From assembly GCA_963678065.2 (NCBI GenBank), contig CAXXVZ010000005.1:1120001-1184000 (forward strand): DNA of 64,000 nt. Direction: 5' to 3'. Made by a program: the position numbers and the translations under genes. The notes under the pieces were generated by a model. It was not told where the DNA came from. It was given only the letters and a program-made list of their open reading frames with translations, and made no database searches. Of the stretch, positions 1 through 9,381 are shown in pieces; positions within the stretch are counted from its first letter, which is position 1; each line of letters opens with the position of its first letter. This stretch comes from Treponemataceae bacterium (lineage in GTDB: Bacteria; Spirochaetota; Spirochaetia; Treponematales; Rectinemataceae).

Positions 1-140
1 GGTTCAGGTCCGCTGTCAGAGATCGCTCACAAGGGTCACTGCTTCCCTTCCGGTTCGTATGATATATCGCCGTGTCCCTGCCCACAAGGGCAGGGAGGTA
101 GAAGTCCCGTCGCTTGTTATCCGAAATTCAGGTACACGTA

Positions 141-403
141 ATTAGCCACAATCGGGTCTGCCTTCCCCTTCGGCTCGATACACGAAATTCATAGGCATGG
201 AGTCAAGCATTCGGATGGGTGTCTTCCCATAGCCACGGGGCTGCGCGACTACTGTCGCGATGCCCCGCGGCAGTTCTTCAGCCGTACCATCAAAAACACC
301 GCGCAACAAAAAAGCAGTTCACGCTGATTCGGATCTTTTCTTGCCTCGGATACACAAAGGCCGCCCCAGCATACACTGAAGCGGCCTTTGTCTTTTTTTT
401 CTT
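141..403. repeat. Conserved structured non-coding region downstream of toxin/immunity pair, copy A (truncated at 141)
   Basis: Largely aligns with 9130-9381, 15452-15590 and reverse complement of ~38560-38779. Confidence 0.85.
354..400 (+). terminator. Intrinsic terminator-like hairpin
   Basis: 11-bp stem ACAAAGGCCGC/GCGGCCTTTGT followed by T8; repeated at 9333-9378. Confidence 0.65.
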
Positions 404-465
404 GCCTAACCTTAAAGTTGAGCTGCAACGCGACACGCGTTGTCAGCTCGAACTTGGCGTTAGGC
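404..465 (-). other. attC-like recombination site (62 bp)
   Basis: Minus strand GCCTAAC-GCCAA-GTTCGAGC-TGACAACGCG-TGT-CGCGTTGCA-GCTCAAC-TTTAAG-GTTAGGC: R''/5/L''...L'/6/R' layout with two extrahelical bases. Confidence 0.85.
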
Positions 466-494
466 TTAGGTATCAGACTCTAAAGGCGTGTCTA

Positions 495-1019
495 TCAATA
501 ATCCTTATAAATCACCTTCAGCATTTTCTTCTCTACATCAAACCAAAGCGAAACATAAGTCTCAGTGACATACGATTTCCCTGTTCCTTTCTCCTTAGCA
601 AAAAATGAGAGACTAAGCGGAAATTCAATGACTTCATGACTAAGGCCAACGATTTCATCATCAGTTGGAACAACGATATCATATAAGACTTGCCCTATAT
701 TCCCAAGAATCTTTTTCCCTGTAACAAGTCCCCAGATAGTACGTCTGCAACTATTTTCTGAATAAACATAATAGTATTCGACAACATTCTCTTCTTTTTT
801 TACATTTGGATTGTACAATTTTGTATCTCTGAATTTGACAGCGATATATGGTTCCCCGAACACCATTGGTATTTGATTAGTATCTTTAGCTCTCAATCCA
901 AAGTTCATTGGGAACTTGGGTAAATTATCAATTTCTTTGGGATTGAATTCCTGTGAATACACCACCCCCAGGGAAATTGAAATAAGTAGGACAATAAATG
1001 CTAAAAGAGTTCTTGCCAT
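495..1019 (-). CDS. Exported immunity protein for the NlpC/P60 tip
   Basis: Overlaps toxin 3' end, AT-rich, N-terminal signal peptide MARTLLAFIVLLISISLGVVYS. Confidence 0.75.
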   Translation of the reverse strand: MARTLLAFIVLLISISLGVVYSQEFNPKEIDNLPKFPMNFGLRAKDTNQIPMVFGEPYIAVKFRDTKLYNPNVKKEENVVEYYYVYSENSCRRTIWGLVTGKKILGNIGQVLYDIVVPTDDEIVGLSHEVIEFPLSLSFFAKEKGTGKSYVTETYVSLWFDVEKKMLKVIYKDY

Positions 1020-1570
1020 ATGATGTATCCTTGACTGGCTGGATTCCTATTACCGCTGAAGGGCGTATAAGTTTTATTGACTACCCCGGACTCAGCATTT
1101 GGCGCGGTCTGTCTCGGATCTTTATTGTGAATTGCTTCCCATGTCGTACCGGGAGCAGAGGCATCCACGATCTGTTTTGTTACTTCATCGCCTATCTGCC
1201 CTACGCCGTAGTTAACATGATCATTTGGCTTTTCATATGAGTAAAAATTCAAAACACCTGCATCACCTTGTCTGTTTGTATTTACATCCTTAAATTTTCC
1301 AACAAAATTCGAGTTTGCCATACCATTTGCAGTTAGGCGGTCAACGTCTGCTCCCATGGCCCTAAGTGAACCTATACCTACACCACTACAATCAGCTTTT
1401 GTTGTTGTGGTTCCCGAGCCATACTCTACGCCAACATATTCTCTAATCTTTTCCGCAAACTGCAAATTTAGGTCTGTGGGGCTTCTTAGTGAATTTGTAT
1501 CCCGATCATAGAATTCATCGCCGTACAGCTGAGCACCTTCAATCTCCCGCAACCCTGTCGGATCTGTGGA
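1001..1570 (-). pseudogene. Orphan Rhs C-terminal tip, NlpC/P60-like (papain-fold) peptidoglycan hydrolase
   Basis: Begins at TDPTGL; YVGVEYGSG...ADCSG (catalytic Cys) and DHV (His); no rhs core upstream. Confidence 0.75.
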
Positions 1571-1793
1571 CTTTACTGGATTCTCGCCCCGCTGTTTTTC
1601 TTCTCCACGAGCCACCTCCCCGGTTTCGGTTTTTTTGGTCTCAGCGAGCGAGGCATAGAGCAGATACAGCCACAGCGCCTCGGTGAAGGTCTGCAGCCAC
1701 CTCCGGAGAAACCCTTCCACTACGAGCAGTTCCACAGTCAGCTTGACGTGCTGCTGTGGCAGGAGAAGGGGCGCGCACCGCATGAAAGAGATT

Positions 1794-2795
1794 CTATCCT
1801 GGCCGACCTTCCGGGACAAGGCGGGCGAGCCTTTTGATATAGTCCCTGTCCACCTCCGCATAGATCGCCTGCTCCCTCGGGTGGTAGCGCCGATAGATCC
1901 GCTTAAGGTTCTCCGTCACGACGTGCGTGTACCGCGCCGTCGTCTCGACTCCTGCGTGACCCAAGAGTTCCTGGATCTGGCGCACGCTCACGCCGCGGCT
2001 TAAAAGATGGGTCGCGGTGGCATGCCGGACCGAGTGGGCCGACAGGGTCGGGTCGTCCATACCGAAGCGCCGCAGGAGGGTTCGGAAACGCTCACTCACA
2101 CTCGCTGGCCTCACATGGCTCCCTGTCCTCGGTCCGCAGGTCCCCGTGAATATCCAGGCCTGCGGATCATGGGCGCGGTTCCCGAGGTACAGAAGCAGCA
2201 CATCCCGCGCGACCTCCGAGATCGGCACGAGCCTGTCCTTGTCACCCTTGCCCCGCACGCGCATGATCCGGCGCTCGAAGTCCACGTCGCCCACCGTAAG
2301 GCCCGCAACTTCGCCCACACGAAGGCCAGCCGCGTACACGAGCTCGAAGAGCGCGCGATCCCGCAATCCCTGCGTCGTCGTCGTATCGAGCTCGTCAAGA
2401 AAGCGCTGCATCTCCGTTTCTGTGAACGCGCGGCGGCGTACAGACTCCGGGGGGAGCGGATCACCCAGTTGCCCGGCGGGGTTGTCGTCGATAAGCCCTG
2501 AGCGGTACAGACAGGCGTACAGAAGCCGTACCATCCCGAAGCGACTATTGACCGTCGTGTGCTTAAGCCGTTCTCCCGTCGTCTTCGACAGTCGCGCCGC
2601 GAGATCCTCGCGGTAGCCAAGGAGCTGCGCCGGCGTGACCTGACGTATATCGCCTATCGCGTGCTCTTCGGTCCAGCGGTAATACCCTATGATCGTAGCA
2701 CGCGCGTGGGCCATGTAGCACGCGCCGATCCGCCTGGCCACGAGGTCCTCGCTCACCAGGTGCAGTCCCAAAGCTTGTACGGCCTCGCCAGTCAC
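1794..2795 (-). CDS. XerD-like tyrosine recombinase, catalytic residues intact
   Basis: AGLRVGE, GKGDKDR, HSVRH, LLGH, TTARYTHV; N-terminal SAM-like domain. Confidence 0.93.
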   Translation of the reverse strand: MTGEAVQALGLHLVSEDLVARRIGACYMAHARATIIGYYRWTEEHAIGDIRQVTPAQLLGYREDLAARLSKTTGERLKHTTVNSRFGMVRLLYACLYRSGLIDDNPAGQLGDPLPPESVRRRAFTETEMQRFLDELDTTTTQGLRDRALFELVYAAGLRVGEVAGLTVGDVDFERRIMRVRGKGDKDRLVPISEVARDVLLLYLGNRAHDPQAWIFTGTCGPRTGSHVRPASVSERFRTLLRRFGMDDPTLSAHSVRHATATHLLSRGVSVRQIQELLGHAGVETTARYTHVVTENLKRIYRRYHPREQAIYAEVDRDYIKRLARLVPEGRPG

Positions 2796-3757
2796 GATCG
2801 GAACTCCCAGCTTCCGCGCGGGTGCGCCGCGTCCACCGCCGCGCGCAGGCTCTCCTTGCTCCGCCGCAGGTAGGTCTGTGTGCTGCCTAAGTTCCGAAAC
2901 CCGACCAAGATTTGCACGTGCCGAAGGTCGCAGCCTGACTCGACCAGGTGCGCCCCCAGGCTCGTCCGAAAGCCGTAGCTTGTGATCATCGGCAATCCCT
3001 CACTCGCACAGGTCTCGGCCAAAACCTCGTTGATCACCTGAGTCAGCCTCCCGTGCCCCGCGCCGAAGAGCGTGTGCGCATACCTCCGCTCGTACTCGTG
3101 AAACACAAGTTTCCGTCGCGGCAGATACTCCTTGAGCACCCCCGCCGCGTAGCTCGTCAGGAAGGCCGTCCGTCCCTGCCCCGAGCGCCCGCTCCGAACC
3201 CACACTGTCCGCTCGCGAAGATCAAGGTCAGCCGGTTCGAGCGCGGCCGCCTCACTCGCGTGCAAGCCCGCAGCGTACATGAGTTCCGCCGCCACGTGCA
3301 CCCGATAGGTCTTTACCACCTTCCACCACGGCCGCACCTCATCGAAGCGCGACAGGGCCGCAAGGAGTCTCGCCATCTCCTCGACCGTCAGCGCATTCTC
3401 CGACAGATGCTCTCCCACCCGCACCCGACGGATCTCGCGGAAGGGATTCGTCCGTATCGTCCCCGTCTTCACGAGGTAGTCGAAGAACCGCCTGGCCGCT
3501 TTCAGATGGTTGTTGATCGTCCCCGCGTTGTACGGCCGCCCTGTCGCTGCTGTCATCGTCGACAGCTTCACCTGGTAGCGCAGAGCCTCAGCAAGCCCTA
3601 CCTCCGCAACCTCGAGTTCCTCCGCTTCCAGCCATGAGCCGACGGTCCGCGCAAGCGTGCGTATCGACTCGTAACCCTGATCAGTTACCTTCGGCTGTTC
3701 TTCAGCGAGAAAGGCTTCGATCTGCGCCGAAAGCCGTACGGAGTATATGCCATCCAC
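2792..3757 (-). CDS. XerC-like tyrosine recombinase with degenerate active site (GTG start at 3757 chosen; ORF opens at 3826)
   Basis: Integrase-fold motifs but AGLHASE, SGRSG, YGFRT, LVGF; Tyr kept in TQTY. Confidence 0.88.
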   Translation of the reverse strand: MDGIYSVRLSAQIEAFLAEEQPKVTDQGYESIRTLARTVGSWLEAEELEVAEVGLAEALRYQVKLSTMTAATGRPYNAGTINNHLKAARRFFDYLVKTGTIRTNPFREIRRVRVGEHLSENALTVEEMARLLAALSRFDEVRPWWKVVKTYRVHVAAELMYAAGLHASEAAALEPADLDLRERTVWVRSGRSGQGRTAFLTSYAAGVLKEYLPRRKLVFHEYERRYAHTLFGAGHGRLTQVINEVLAETCASEGLPMITSYGFRTSLGAHLVESGCDLRHVQILVGFRNLGSTQTYLRRSKESLRAAVDAAHPRGSWEFRS

Positions 3758-3843
3758 GTTCGCCTCTCTTCCCCGCCGGAATTGCGCGACCAGATTGGTA
3801 ATTCCTTGTCGCGCCAGGGGCAACACTCGCTATCGGTAGTCAG

Positions 3844-3869
3844 TGCCCAGTTCTGCCCAGACTGACCAG
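3844..3869. repeat. Three short direct repeats TG(C/A)CCAG at 9-10 bp spacing
   Basis: tgcccag-ttc-tgcccag-ac-tgaccag just after the ATPase stop; also at 12605-12630. Confidence 0.5.
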
Positions 3870-4306
3870 ATTTATGCCGTTGATCCGGAGAGTCGTTCTG
3901 CCATCGCCTCAGGACTCGGAATCATCGACAGATCCACCGCCCCAATCTCCGCGTCCTCGCGAAGCCGGTAATAGGCTCGCGAGCGTTCCGAGCCCCCTCG
4001 CGCAATCGACACGTAGTCGTACTCGACGAGCTGCCGCAGACTCTGCTTGATCCATGTATGCCCCAGCCCGGTCAGCTCCCGTACCTGCCGCTGCGTGAAG
4101 CTCACCTCTTCAGCCCGTAAGTGCTGCGCTCTCGCCTCGCGGCCCACCCACGTACGCAACTCGCCGTACAGTGTGTAGCGTAATCTAGAAATACCCGAAA
4201 AGATCAAACTGGAATGGACAGAAAAATCGTCAGAATTCCCCATAAAAATCGTGGGGAGGAAGTGGCGATGAAAACCCTGTAGGATTTATCCAGCAGGGAG
4301 GAGGGA

Positions 4307-5779
4307 ATGCTCCACATGAACCAGATTGATCACGTCAAAGATTTGCAAAGGCAGGGCTATGGTCCCTGCGAGATCGCTGAACGGCTGGGAATCGATCGAA
4401 AAACAACAGCGAAGTATATGAAGCAGGAGGACTTCAACGCCTCTACCGAAGTGCCCCGCGAGCTTCCCTCGAAACTTGATCGATGGAAGCCAACCATCGA
4501 TCAATGGCTTGCCGAAGACCTGAAGATGCGTTTCAAGCAGCGCCATAGGGCCATGAGGATCCATACAAGGCTTCTGGAAGAACACCCCGACGACTACGAC
4601 TGCTCATATCCTTTGGTCCAGCGCTATGTCAAACGGCGGAAAGCGGCCAGGAAAGAAGCGGAGGGGTTTCTTGAGCTCGTCTGGTCGAAAGGCGAGGCGC
4701 AGGCCGATTTCGGAGAGGCAGAACTGATCGAGGCCGGCGTTCGAAGGACCGTCAAATACCTGACCTTGACCTTTCCCTTCAGCAATGCGGGCTTTACGCA
4801 GTGTTTCAGCGGCGAGACGGCCGAATGTGTTTCCCAGGGGCTCAAAGATATATTCAGCCACATAGGTGGCGTTCCCGCCAGGATCGTGTTCGACAACGCA
4901 ACGGGCGTAGGCAGACGGGTCCGCGACCGTGTCACCTTGAGCCAGCTTTTCCTTCGGTTCAAATGCCACTATGGCTTTGCGGTCAGCTTCTGCAACCCTG
5001 CTTCAGGCCATGAGAAAGGGAATGTCGAAAACAAGATCGGCTATGCGAGAAGGAACTTCTTCGTTCCTCTGCCGGTTGTGGACAGCCTCGAGTCTTGGAA
5101 CAAGGAATTGCTCGAAAAAGCGGCGAAAGATCATGACCGATCGCATTACAAGAAAAATCAGAATATTGCCGAGTTGTTCGAAGAGGAGCGGCAGTCTTTA
5201 GGGCTTTTGCCGGTGCGAAGCTTCATCGTCGAGCGTTTCGAGCGAGTATCCACGGATGGCTACGGAAAGTTCTGCATTGACGGAAAGCATTGGTATTCAA
5301 GCGCTCCCGAATGCGGGAACAGCGAAGTGACCGTAGGGCTCAAGGCGCATGAACTCGTCGTGTACCGCAGCGAAGGAACCCCGTTGTGTGTCCACCGAAG
5401 AGTCTATGGCGACGAGCGGAGCGACAGCTGCGATTACCGAACAAGCCTTGAAACCCTCATGAAGAAGCCTGGCGCATGGATCAATAGCGCCTTTAGGGCA
5501 GGCGTTGACGATACCATACGAGTCGCGATGGACGAACTCTCAAAGCCTGATCTGCGCAATGTGCTGAAAGTCCTGGTGAAAAGCAGTACGACCTTTGGGT
5601 TCGACGTCGCCATGACCTCGCTTGAGGAAGCGATTGCCCGAGGCCGGCTGGACAGTTTCAGCCTTAGCGCGGTTGCTTCCAGGGTCGCCTTTGATGGGCT
5701 TCACGGCATTCCCTCCGAGGGACCCGACCTCGGAGCCTACGATCGCGCCCTCATGAGCAACTCGGAGACCGTGTCATGA
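4307..5779 (+). CDS. istA: IS21 transposase IstA
   Basis: N-terminal HTH; QADFG, VFDNA, EKGNVE DDE motifs. Confidence 0.95.
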   Translation: MLHMNQIDHVKDLQRQGYGPCEIAERLGIDRKTTAKYMKQEDFNASTEVPRELPSKLDRWKPTIDQWLAEDLKMRFKQRHRAMRIHTRLLEEHPDDYDCSYPLVQRYVKRRKAARKEAEGFLELVWSKGEAQADFGEAELIEAGVRRTVKYLTLTFPFSNAGFTQCFSGETAECVSQGLKDIFSHIGGVPARIVFDNATGVGRRVRDRVTLSQLFLRFKCHYGFAVSFCNPASGHEKGNVENKIGYARRNFFVPLPVVDSLESWNKELLEKAAKDHDRSHYKKNQNIAELFEEERQSLGLLPVRSFIVERFERVSTDGYGKFCIDGKHWYSSAPECGNSEVTVGLKAHELVVYRSEGTPLCVHRRVYGDERSDSCDYRTSLETLMKKPGAWINSAFRAGVDDTIRVAMDELSKPDLRNVLKVLVKSSTTFGFDVAMTSLEEAIARGRLDSFSLSAVASRVAFDGLHGIPSEGPDLGAYDRALMSNSETVS

Positions 5780-6555
5780 GAAAAGCGCGTGTCAATCGTG
5801 CCGAACTGCGCAGCGAAATCTCCGTACTGCTGCGCAAGATGGCCTTCAGCCAGACCGCGGTAAAGATCTGCGAGGAAGAGGCCAAGGCACCCCAGGAAGA
5901 GTTTCTCCTGAAGATCCTGAAGCGAGAGATGGCTAACCGCGACGATGTCCGCAGGGCACGATTCCTTCATGAAGCGGCCTTCCCCGTCTACAAAACCTTC
6001 GAGGGCTTTGATTTCTCCTGCGTGAAGCTGCCGCCGGCGCTTTCGAAACAGGAAATGATGACCACCCAGTTCGTCGCCGAGAAGAAAAACTTGGTGCTTT
6101 ACGGCCCCGTTGGAACTGGAAAGACACATCTTGCCACAGCCCTTGGCGTCACCGCGTGCTCTCGCACCTTCCGTACCAGGTTCTTTACCGCTGCAGAGCT
6201 GGTGGTAAGGCTTTCCGAAGCCCTTAAGGAAGGCTCGCTTGAGCGGCTTGTTATGTCCATCGCTCGGGCTGATCTCTTGATCATAGACGAATGGGGCTAT
6301 GTCCCCGTCGACCGGCAAGGAGCCCAGCTCCTGTTCAGGATAATTTCCGATTCCTATGAGCGCCGAAGCGTTATTCTCACGACCAATCTTGAATTCTCCA
6401 AATGGGGGACAATCTTCACGGACGATCAGATGGCTGCCGCCATGATCGACAGGCTTGCCCACCATGGTCACATTATTCTCTTCGAAGGTGAAAGCTACCG
6501 GATGAAACACGCACTCATGCGGCAGAAAGGCCAGGCACAATTACCCACCGGCTGA
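5776..6555 (+). CDS. istB: IS21 helper ATPase IstB
   Basis: GPVGTGKT, LLIIDEWGY, TTNL, AMIDRL. Confidence 0.95.
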   Translation: MRKARVNRAELRSEISVLLRKMAFSQTAVKICEEEAKAPQEEFLLKILKREMANRDDVRRARFLHEAAFPVYKTFEGFDFSCVKLPPALSKQEMMTTQFVAEKKNLVLYGPVGTGKTHLATALGVTACSRTFRTRFFTAAELVVRLSEALKEGSLERLVMSIARADLLIIDEWGYVPVDRQGAQLLFRIISDSYERRSVILTTNLEFSKWGTIFTDDQMAAAMIDRLAHHGHIILFEGESYRMKHALMRQKGQAQLPTG

Positions 6556-8046
6556 TGGGTGTTTTTGTACGATTTTTTCGGGTATTTCGCCTTGACGAAA
6601 CACAGTACAGCCCCACCGCCCCCGCGGGTAGCTCCCGTACCGTCGAGCTCATCACCCCCTCCACCATGATCGTGTACGCTACCCGGTAGTCCTCCAGGTC
6701 GCAGCGGATGAAGCTCACTGCCCCCTCACGCTCCTCACGCTTCTGGTACTGCCTCAGAAAGCACACGCTCGCGATCAGATCCAGAAACCGGTCATGGTCG
6801 CGGCGGCTCCGCATGAGACTCGTCGGAAACCCCAGGTGCACCGCAAAGTCGTTCACGATCGCCACCTTCCGCACCAGCCGCTGCGCCGCCTGGTGCGCCC
6901 GTATGATCCGCTCCGTCTCTCCGCGCCCAGTCCGCAAGCGTTCCAGCGAATACTTCTGCCGCTGCGCCTCGTGGATCCGCGCAGTCTGGATCTTCGACTC
7001 GTCCGCGTTCACCACGAAGCACCGGCTCGCGTTCTCCGGATTCACCGCATGGCTCGTCCCCGACAGCACGCTCGACACCACCACCGGCGTCCTGACCACC
7101 CGGCTCTGCATCGTCCCCGTCTCCGGGTCCTTCATCGTCACCAGCCTCGACAGCTCCTTGCCCGACAGCATCTCCCGGATCTGGTGCTCCACCACCTCCC
7201 CGTGCACCGCTTCTCCCAGAATCAGAAACTTGTGGCTCAGGTCCTCGATGTAGTTCAGTGCCTGGTCCGACAGGCTCGTCACCGCCACCACCTCCTCGGG
7301 CGGCATAAGCTTCCGCACCGTCTCCACGAGATAGCTCTTTCCCGCCGCGGACTGCGACAGAATCAAGACCGAGATCGGATCGTCCAGCTTCCGGCTCGAC
7401 GCGCACAGGTACAGAAGCTGCTTATTCAGGTCCTCTCCCACGTAGCCCAACGCGCTGAGATCCTCCACGATCCGCTCAAACAGGCGCGGGTCGCGCAACA
7501 GCGACAGCCCCAGCTCGCGGTCGGCCGCGCTCATCGGGACGCCCGCCTTCGTATTTCCCCGCCGCAGGGCCTCGTCGCGCTCGCACTCGAGATTCTCAAG
7601 GATCAGCACGAGGTCCTTCTGTGCCCGCGCGAGCTCCCACCCGAAGCTCCGCGCCACCGCCTGCGCAAAGCCGCCCCTCGCCTTCGCCGCGTACAGGTCC
7701 ACCGTGTCGTAGTAGCTCATCATCCCTGCACTCGCCCGGATCGCCACCTTCAGGCTCGTCACAAACAGCTGCCTGACCCCGCCTATGCGGTACGTCATCG
7801 CCCCCACACGGAACACATGGAACAGCCCATCCCGCTCGACGTGCAGCTCCGGTCCATCCGTCTCGTCCATGAAGCCGGCCGCTTCGCCCGGTCTCGCCTC
7901 CTCCTCTGCTGCCCCTGCCGGGGGCGACTCCGGGGGAACTGCGTCACCTTCGGTGACGACCTTCCCCGCGGAGTTGGGGGGAAGAAACGCGGCCCCAGGA
8001 AGGGACTCATCAGCGACCGCGAGTACCCGCTCGCTCTGGTCTCCCC

Positions 8047-8331
8047 TCATACCGCACCACGCCGCCCGGAGCGCCGCTCCCGGTCAAAGCTCTTCTTCGC
8101 CTCGTGCACATAGCTGTTCACCTGCCCATACGCCGAGCGAAAGGCGTGCAGGTTCACCACCGCCCGCTTCCCCCAAAACTCACCCTGCGCCCGCCCAAGC
8201 CCCTCTCCCCGGAAGCTCATTCGACAGGCCAGCGATTCCGACACCGGAATGCAGCTCACCTCCTCCAGCGTACACCCTGCCATGATCAGATACGCCGCTT
8301 CGTACAGATCCGTTACCTCCGCAGTTTCCAT
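8047..8331 (-). CDS. Small protein (94 aa, DUF5659-like), possible directionality/DNA-binding factor
   Basis: AAGGAGG RBS before METAEVTDLYEAAYL; stop overlaps ATPase start; present in both units. Confidence 0.7.
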   Translation of the reverse strand: METAEVTDLYEAAYLIMAGCTLEEVSCIPVSESLACRMSFRGEGLGRAQGEFWGKRAVVNLHAFRSAYGQVNSYVHEAKKSFDRERRSGRRGAV

Positions 8332-8479
8332 CCCCCGCCTCCTTTTTGCGGGCAATCTCGTCATCTCCCTGTCCTGTATGCTATCCTGTCTTCGCGTCAT
8401 GACGAGGTTCCCTCGTTGTGTCCTCGCCCGTTTCCCCGAAGCATCCACCACGACCTCAGGGGAAACGGGCTCCTTTGTA

Positions 8480-8569
8480 CCTGACATAAAACCATGTCAA
8501 GTACTATTATTGGTTTTGAGTATTATACATCATGTATTATATCGTCAAGCGGTAGGGTATACTTTTTCT
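8480..8569. promoter_or_regulatory. Divergent promoter/operator region
   Basis: AT-rich; palindromes TGACAT-N6-ATGTCA and ATACAT-C-ATGTAT; TATACT 6 nt before XRE ATG; TTGACG...TATAAT on minus strand. Confidence 0.55.
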
Positions 8570-8977
8570 ATGCCACAGCGACCGAAATATATTCTGCCGG
8601 ATATCTCCGAATCCTCTCACAATGTCGGTCAAAATATTGCCGCACTGCGCAAAAAAAAAGGACTCAGCCAAAAAGAACTGGCTCTGAAAATCGGCATCAC
8701 CCAGGCCTTGCTTTCACACTATGAAACCGCCCGTCTGAGTATTCCCGTCGAGGTTGTCATTCAGATTTCCATTTCGTTGAACGTACACGCGGATGTGATA
8801 TTGGGAATCGGAGCATCGGCACCGCTCGACGATGACTCGCCAAGCCGCAGAATTGTGCAGCGGGCGAAACTGATCGAGCGTCTTCCCGCCTTCGACCAGA
8901 AAGCCCTGCTCAAAACCATCGACAATGCGTTGAAAGGCGCCGGCATCACAACGGAAGATCCAAAAGTCTCTCACTGA
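8570..8977 (+). CDS. XRE-family HTH transcriptional regulator
   Basis: IAALRKKKGLSQKELALKIGITQALLSHYE. Confidence 0.92.
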   Translation: MPQRPKYILPDISESSHNVGQNIAALRKKKGLSQKELALKIGITQALLSHYETARLSIPVEVVIQISISLNVHADVILGIGASAPLDDDSPSRRIVQRAKLIERLPAFDQKALLKTIDNALKGAGITTEDPKVSH

Positions 8978-9007
8978 CTGATGCTTCTGCTCCCTGCCCT
9001 CGACGAC

Positions 9008-9381
9008 GGCACCATCAAACACAGTCTCCCGACTGCGCCTAATTCTCGGTTGGCGGGTCGCGCCGCCTCACGCTGCGCGTGGAGTGGCGCTCCCCCAAAT
9101 CCGCTTTCGCGGACTTCGCCAACCTACGCATTAGCCACAATCGGGTCTGCCACTCCTTTCGGCTCGATACACGAAATTCACAAGTATGGAGTCACGCATT
9201 CGGATATTTGTCTTCCCATAGCCAAGGGGCTGCGCGTCGAAGACGCGATGCCACGCGGCAGTTCTTCAGCTTGCCATTCACGCCTTGAAACAGGCTCGCA
9301 GCCGAACTCGGATCTTTTCTTGCCTCGGATACACAAAGGCCGCCTCAGCATACACTGAAGCGGCCTTTGTCTTTTTTTCTT
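9008..9381. repeat. Conserved structured non-coding region, copy B (includes 100-bp GCCTAAT...ATTAGCC hairpin 9037-9136 and terminator 9333-9378)
   Basis: Four related copies in the window with stem-preserving substitutions. Confidence 0.85.

Larger units (their letters stand above)
4172..6604 (+). mobile_element. IS21-family insertion sequence, 2433 bp
   Basis: TG...CA ends, imperfect IRs sharing GAAATACCCGAAAA, 6-bp target duplication GTACAG (4166-4171, 6605-6610), empty site in the second copy. Confidence 0.95.
3872..8050 (-). pseudogene. AAA+/helicase-like ATPase split by IS21 (3872-4171 and 6605-8050)
   Basis: The two halves join to match the intact 579-aa copy at 12633-14372. Confidence 0.9.

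Noticed and set aside
1..140. Group IIC-attC intron end
   Set aside because: No GTGCG 5' end or domain V/VI motif at the junction
141..465. CRISPR array or DGR template/variable repeats
   Set aside because: No regularly spaced short repeats, no cas or reverse transcriptase genes, differences not adenine-specific
1794..2795. Calling the recombinase an integron integrase (IntI)
   Set aside because: No IntI-specific insertion visible between the Lys hairpin and HxxR; spacing is XerC/D-like
6794..8113. Long antisense ORFs over the ATPase, rhs, rnf and gyr genes
   Set aside because: Shadow frames of GC-rich coding sequence with low-complexity translations
8249..8569. N-terminal extensions in the ORF track (XRE 242 aa, gspE 623 aa, rnfC, rnfD, dnaA, RelE 154 aa)
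   Set aside because: They overlap neighbouring genes or promoters; downstream starts fit family lengths
8981..9358. ORF in the conserved module (also 15303-15617, 38530-38973, 219-608)
   Set aside because: Many changes are non-synonymous, one copy is frameshifted, starts and stops are not shared; conservation tracks base pairing, not codons
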